Below, one piece after another: positions 25,883 through 28,637 of a DNA stretch of 28,637 bases. The position numbers and the translations under genes are program-made. The notes below the pieces were generated by a model. The model saw nothing but the letters and a program-made list of their open reading frames with translations. It was not told where the DNA came from and did not search any database. The DNA is from Candidatus Aenigmatarchaeota archaeon (lineage in GTDB: Archaea; Aenigmatarchaeota; Aenigmatarchaeia; QMZP01). Within the stretch, counting starts at the first letter, position 1, and each line of letters starts with the position of its first letter. Location: contig JAWCLA010000006.1 in the NCBI GenBank assembly GCA_039091855.1, positions 1 through 28,637 on the forward strand, read 5' to 3'.

Positions 25883-26096
25883 CGCTGAGGGAGGGATTTT
25901 CATCGCGCCTCATTAACATAGCAAGCAGTTAATGATTTAACTGCGCCTTCGAACCCTCGCGTGCTTTCGCACACAGGTTGTTTGCAGCTTTTCCGTTAAC
26001 GCTTTTGCGCGAAGCGGAAAAGGGGTATAGCAAACCTGCGCCTTTAATCGGAAGACACCTTATTGTCCACCTTAAACCTGACTCGGCCACCTCAGC
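25883..26096 (-). tRNA. tRNA-Ser(GCU) with three BHB introns (about 21/22, 29 nt; 37/38, 48 nt; 59/60, 51 nt)
   Basis: Exons 26096-26073, 26043-26028, 25979-25948 and 25896-25883 join to GCTGAGGTGGCCGAGTCAGGTTTA|AGGCGCAGGTTTGCTA|AACCTGTGTGCGAAAGCACGCGAGGGTTCGAA|TCCCTCCCTCAGCG. This is a cloverleaf with a long variable arm GTGC-GAAA-GCAC and G73. BHB helices are GGTT/GATT, TTGC/GCAA and TTCG/TGAA. Confidence 0.92.
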
Positions 26097-26158
26097 AATA
26101 TCTCATAAGTTTTTTGCTTAAAATAAGATGTCGGGAGTGTATAAATTGTTTGGGGTTT

Positions 26159-27949
26159 TTAAGCGGAAAACCCAGTCCTGTATTTCCTCAAAAGGTCATC
26201 CCAAGTCACTTCCTTTTTGCCTTTTTTGTGGAATTCCTTGTAAATTATCACGATTGTCAAAACAAGAACTATTATTACTCCGAAAATAGAAACAACTATC
26301 CAGGGGAATTCAGGCGGTCCTGTTTTGGAGTAAACACCATCAAAACAATAACCAATTGTATAAAACTTGTCCCCACACATACAACCTTCTTCGGGTATCA
26401 AACCATTTTCACATATCTTGATATTTTCTTCAGGAACGCAGTTTTCGTCAATTTCGTTATCACAGTCGTCATCCTTTCCGTTGCAGACTTCTTCAGAAGG
26501 ACCAATATAGCCTATGCATTCTCCCCAAGCTCCTGAAGCGCTACAATAACTTTTTCCTTCTTTACATTCGCCAAACTTCGGGCCACATGCCCTTGATTCG
26601 CCCACATAACACAAGCAAGTAAGGCTTTCATCCACCTGCCCGTTGCAGTCATCATCCTCCTTGTTACAAATTTCTGTTGATGGGGCAGGGCAACCCATCC
26701 AGTTTCCATTTACGCATGTTTCTGTCCCCAATGCACACTTACCCTTGTGTGCAACAGAGCAGTTTCTTGTCTGACCATTGGTGCAGGTTGGTGTTCCTCC
26801 CCCACCTCCACCACCGCCGCAGTTCGTTCTGCACACACCATCAGAACATCTCGTCTGTCCTTGCGGGCATGGACACTGTCCGCAGTCCTGTGGGCAGGAG
26901 GAGCAGGTTTCAGCAGGATCGCATATATTGTTTCCACAGCCTTCTGTTGCTGAATATGTTGTGAATTGGGTTACATTGAATACTAAGGTACCTCCAGAAT
27001 AACTAACAAAAGTGCATATTGATGAAGGACAGGACGAACCATCCCTTAATATTAATGGATTGATAAAGTTAAGGTTGTAAAGGTAGATTGTAGCGGGTTT
27101 ATTAAGTATAGGAAGTGCAGAGCTGTTTATGTATGCCCTGTTAAATGATATGTTTGTGAAAAAATCAAGATTTACGCTTTGGGTAAATGTTATATTTTCT
27201 CTGAATACTATTTTTCCAGCACCAAGCTTTTCAAGAACCATTTGCTGTATACTTTGGGAAAGGTTCAGGTTAGAGAAATTTGTAGTCGATCCGTCATAAT
27301 AGTTTGTTGTTACTTTTATGGAAGTAGTACAACCTGATAAATTTTCATCTATGTATCCATTACAATTGTCATCAATGCCATTGCACATTTCCGTAGCATT
27401 TGGCCTAATGTTATAATTTGAGTCGTTGCAGTCAAGACTGTTATTAACATAACCTGATGGCTGTGTGCAGCTTTGAATAGTCCAAGAGGAATTTCCATAT
27501 CCATCATTATCGTAATCCCTGTAAAATGTCATATTAATACATGTAGCCACTTGGACTTCGTTCTGCCCAGAGATCTGAATCTCGTTAGGATAGGTCGAGT
27601 TGAACATGTAAATTCCTGAGAAGGTGTAAGTTCCTGTCGTGGTGGGCGCTTTTATTATGTAGGTATAGGTTGTATTTACTCCATTTTCGATTACAACCCA
27701 CTTTATGTGACCTGACTGATTTCTGTCGCCATCTGTGCTGACAACAGTCCATCCGGAAGGGTAGACTTCATCTATTGCATAATATGTATCCTGAGGCAAA
27801 GTGATCGAAACAGTCAGGTTAACTATAAGGTTCTCTCCCGGAGAAAGCGTAGTTTTTGAAAAAGTCCTTGATACCGAAGAGGCTTGACAGGATGAAATAG
27901 TAAAAATAAAAAGCAAAAAGCAAAAAACTGATATTTTTTTACTTTCCAT
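26159..27949 (-). CDS. Cys-rich cell-surface protein (signal peptide, cohesin/Ig-like domain, ExCNxxDDxCxGxxDE metal-binding repeats, poly-Gly linker, C-terminal TM anchor)
   Basis: Repeats EMCNGIDDNCNGYIDE, EICNKEDDDCNGQVDE and EVCNGKDDDCDNEIDE. Also FYRDYDNDGYG, many N-x-S/T sequons and TM WIVVSIFGVIIVLVLTIVIIY. Confidence 0.85.
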   Translation of the reverse strand: MESKKISVFCFLLFIFTISSCQASSVSRTFSKTTLSPGENLIVNLTVSITLPQDTYYAIDEVYPSGWTVVSTDGDRNQSGHIKWVVIENGVNTTYTYIIKAPTTTGTYTFSGIYMFNSTYPNEIQISGQNEVQVATCINMTFYRDYDNDGYGNSSWTIQSCTQPSGYVNNSLDCNDSNYNIRPNATEMCNGIDDNCNGYIDENLSGCTTSIKVTTNYYDGSTTNFSNLNLSQSIQQMVLEKLGAGKIVFRENITFTQSVNLDFFTNISFNRAYINSSALPILNKPATIYLYNLNFINPLILRDGSSCPSSICTFVSYSGGTLVFNVTQFTTYSATEGCGNNICDPAETCSSCPQDCGQCPCPQGQTRCSDGVCRTNCGGGGGGGGTPTCTNGQTRNCSVAHKGKCALGTETCVNGNWMGCPAPSTEICNKEDDDCNGQVDESLTCLCYVGESRACGPKFGECKEGKSYCSASGAWGECIGYIGPSEEVCNGKDDDCDNEIDENCVPEENIKICENGLIPEEGCMCGDKFYTIGYCFDGVYSKTGPPEFPWIVVSIFGVIIVLVLTIVIIYKEFHKKGKKEVTWDDLLRKYRTGFSA

Positions 27950-28433
27950 AACCGGACCTTGCCTTGTATATAGCAAAGGATAGAGCCAAAGCGCCTATTA
28001 TTACAACAGGCAGAATGATTATTTCGGTAGCAGGCGCTGACATGACAACAATAGTGTTTTGCCCGCCTATAACCCCCTCTTCTGTCATTCCCTCAAACAT
28101 ATATTTTCCTGAAAATACATAAGTTCCCTCTGTCTTTGGGGCAGTTACTTGATAGGTGTGTTTTTTGCTCACTGCATTTTGTATTACTGCCAGCTTAATA
28201 TGTCCAGGCTCAGTTCCCTCTTCGGCACCGCTCACTATTGTCCAGCCATCAGGAACCTTCTCGTCAACCAGGTAGTAAGACTCACCACCTGTTATTGCTA
28301 TGTCAAGAGAAACCGAAATCGTTTCTCCCGGTTTAACCGAATCAGGGAGTGTTCTGGTTACGGTTGAAGCCGAAACAATCGGCAACAAAAAAGCAACCAA
28401 AATTAAAGCCAAGGATAGTTTTTTCGCTTTCAT
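27939..28433 (-). CDS. Small membrane-anchored surface protein, paralog of the N-terminal domain of the downstream gene
   Basis: Starts MKAKKL at 28433, with signal peptide, beta domain and C-terminal TM. Shares V.RT..PGE, YY..DE..P.GWT.VS, GHIK and GTY.FSG.YMF with the neighbouring gene. Confidence 0.8.
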   Translation of the reverse strand: MKAKKLSLALILVAFLLPIVSASTVTRTLPDSVKPGETISVSLDIAITGGESYYLVDEKVPDGWTIVSGAEEGTEPGHIKLAVIQNAVSKKHTYQVTAPKTEGTYVFSGKYMFEGMTEEGVIGGQNTIVVMSAPATEIIILPVVIIGALALSFAIYKARSGYGK

Positions 28434-28517
28434 AATAAATATTAGGAATTTTTTATACTTAAAGGTTTTTTTGGTTGGCTTTGGACACTTTCCGCTAATT
28501 CTTGAGTTGAGGGAATA

Positions 28518-28637
28518 TTGAATACAGGCATTAAACAGCAAAAAATATTCACTGATTTCAATTTGAAGAGAATAGACGGCAAGACACACGGCTCGTACAG
28601 GAAGAAAATGCTAAGACATTTTGATAACACCATATAT
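28518..28637 (+). CDS. 5' end of a hypothetical gene running off the window
   Basis: GAGGG followed by TTG. Open frame MNTGIKQQKIFTDFNLKRIDGKTHGSYRKKMLRHFDNTIY to the edge, with an AT-rich divergent promoter at 28434-28465. Confidence 0.35.
   Translation, partial: MNTGIKQQKIFTDFNLKRIDGKTHGSYRKKMLRHFDNTIY

Noticed and set aside
25897-26072. Box C/D guide RNAs inside the tRNA introns
   Set aside because: No RUGAUGA/CUGA box pairs were seen in any of the five introns.
26063-27002. Several antisense and alternate-frame ORFs, including a poly-Pro ORF
   Set aside because: They are shadows of the Cys-rich surface protein. The poly-Pro is the reverse complement of its poly-Gly linker.
28442-28633. 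Minus-strand 63-aa ORF at the right edge
   Set aside because: It runs through the AT-rich promoter region and has no recognisable features. The plus-strand frame from 28518 looks more plausible, though also uncertain.

Overview
Archaeal genomic window, most likely DPANN (Aenigmarchaeota-like). This placement is inferred from gene content and divergent ribosomal proteins. Housekeeping genes: a broken spc-operon tail (bud32-rps5-rpl30-rpl15-[HD hydrolase]-secY-EMC3/DUF106), aRF1, eS26, Dph2 and RtcA. Metabolism and surface: type IV pilus machinery (KaiC-like ATPase, TadA/FlaI-like ATPase, TadC), type 1 IDI, class II HMG-CoA reductase, form III RuBisCO, an orphan 2-oxoacid oxidoreductase gamma subunit and Cys-rich surface proteins. 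Accessory: a beta-CASP RNase, an MNT-HEPN toxin-antitoxin pair and IS200/IS605 debris. The most notable signals lie outside the ORF track. (1) Two hidden multi-intron tRNAs: tRNA-Tyr(GUA) with 2 BHB introns, one a 97-nt structured T-loop intron, and tRNA-Ser(GCU) with 3 BHB introns, ending 2 nt before a HAD gene. (2) An otherwise canonical aRF1 whose catalytic GGQ is GGW, with no nearby Gln, preceded by a pseudoknot-capable leader. (3) A 33-nt in-frame palindromic, BHB-like insertion in rbcL (candidate mRNA intron or coding palindromic element). (4) A SecY with two extra predicted TM helices. (5) A small IS200/IS605-derived non-autonomous element sharing its end with a decayed tnpA copy. All calls come from reading the sequence by eye. 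No searches were run.
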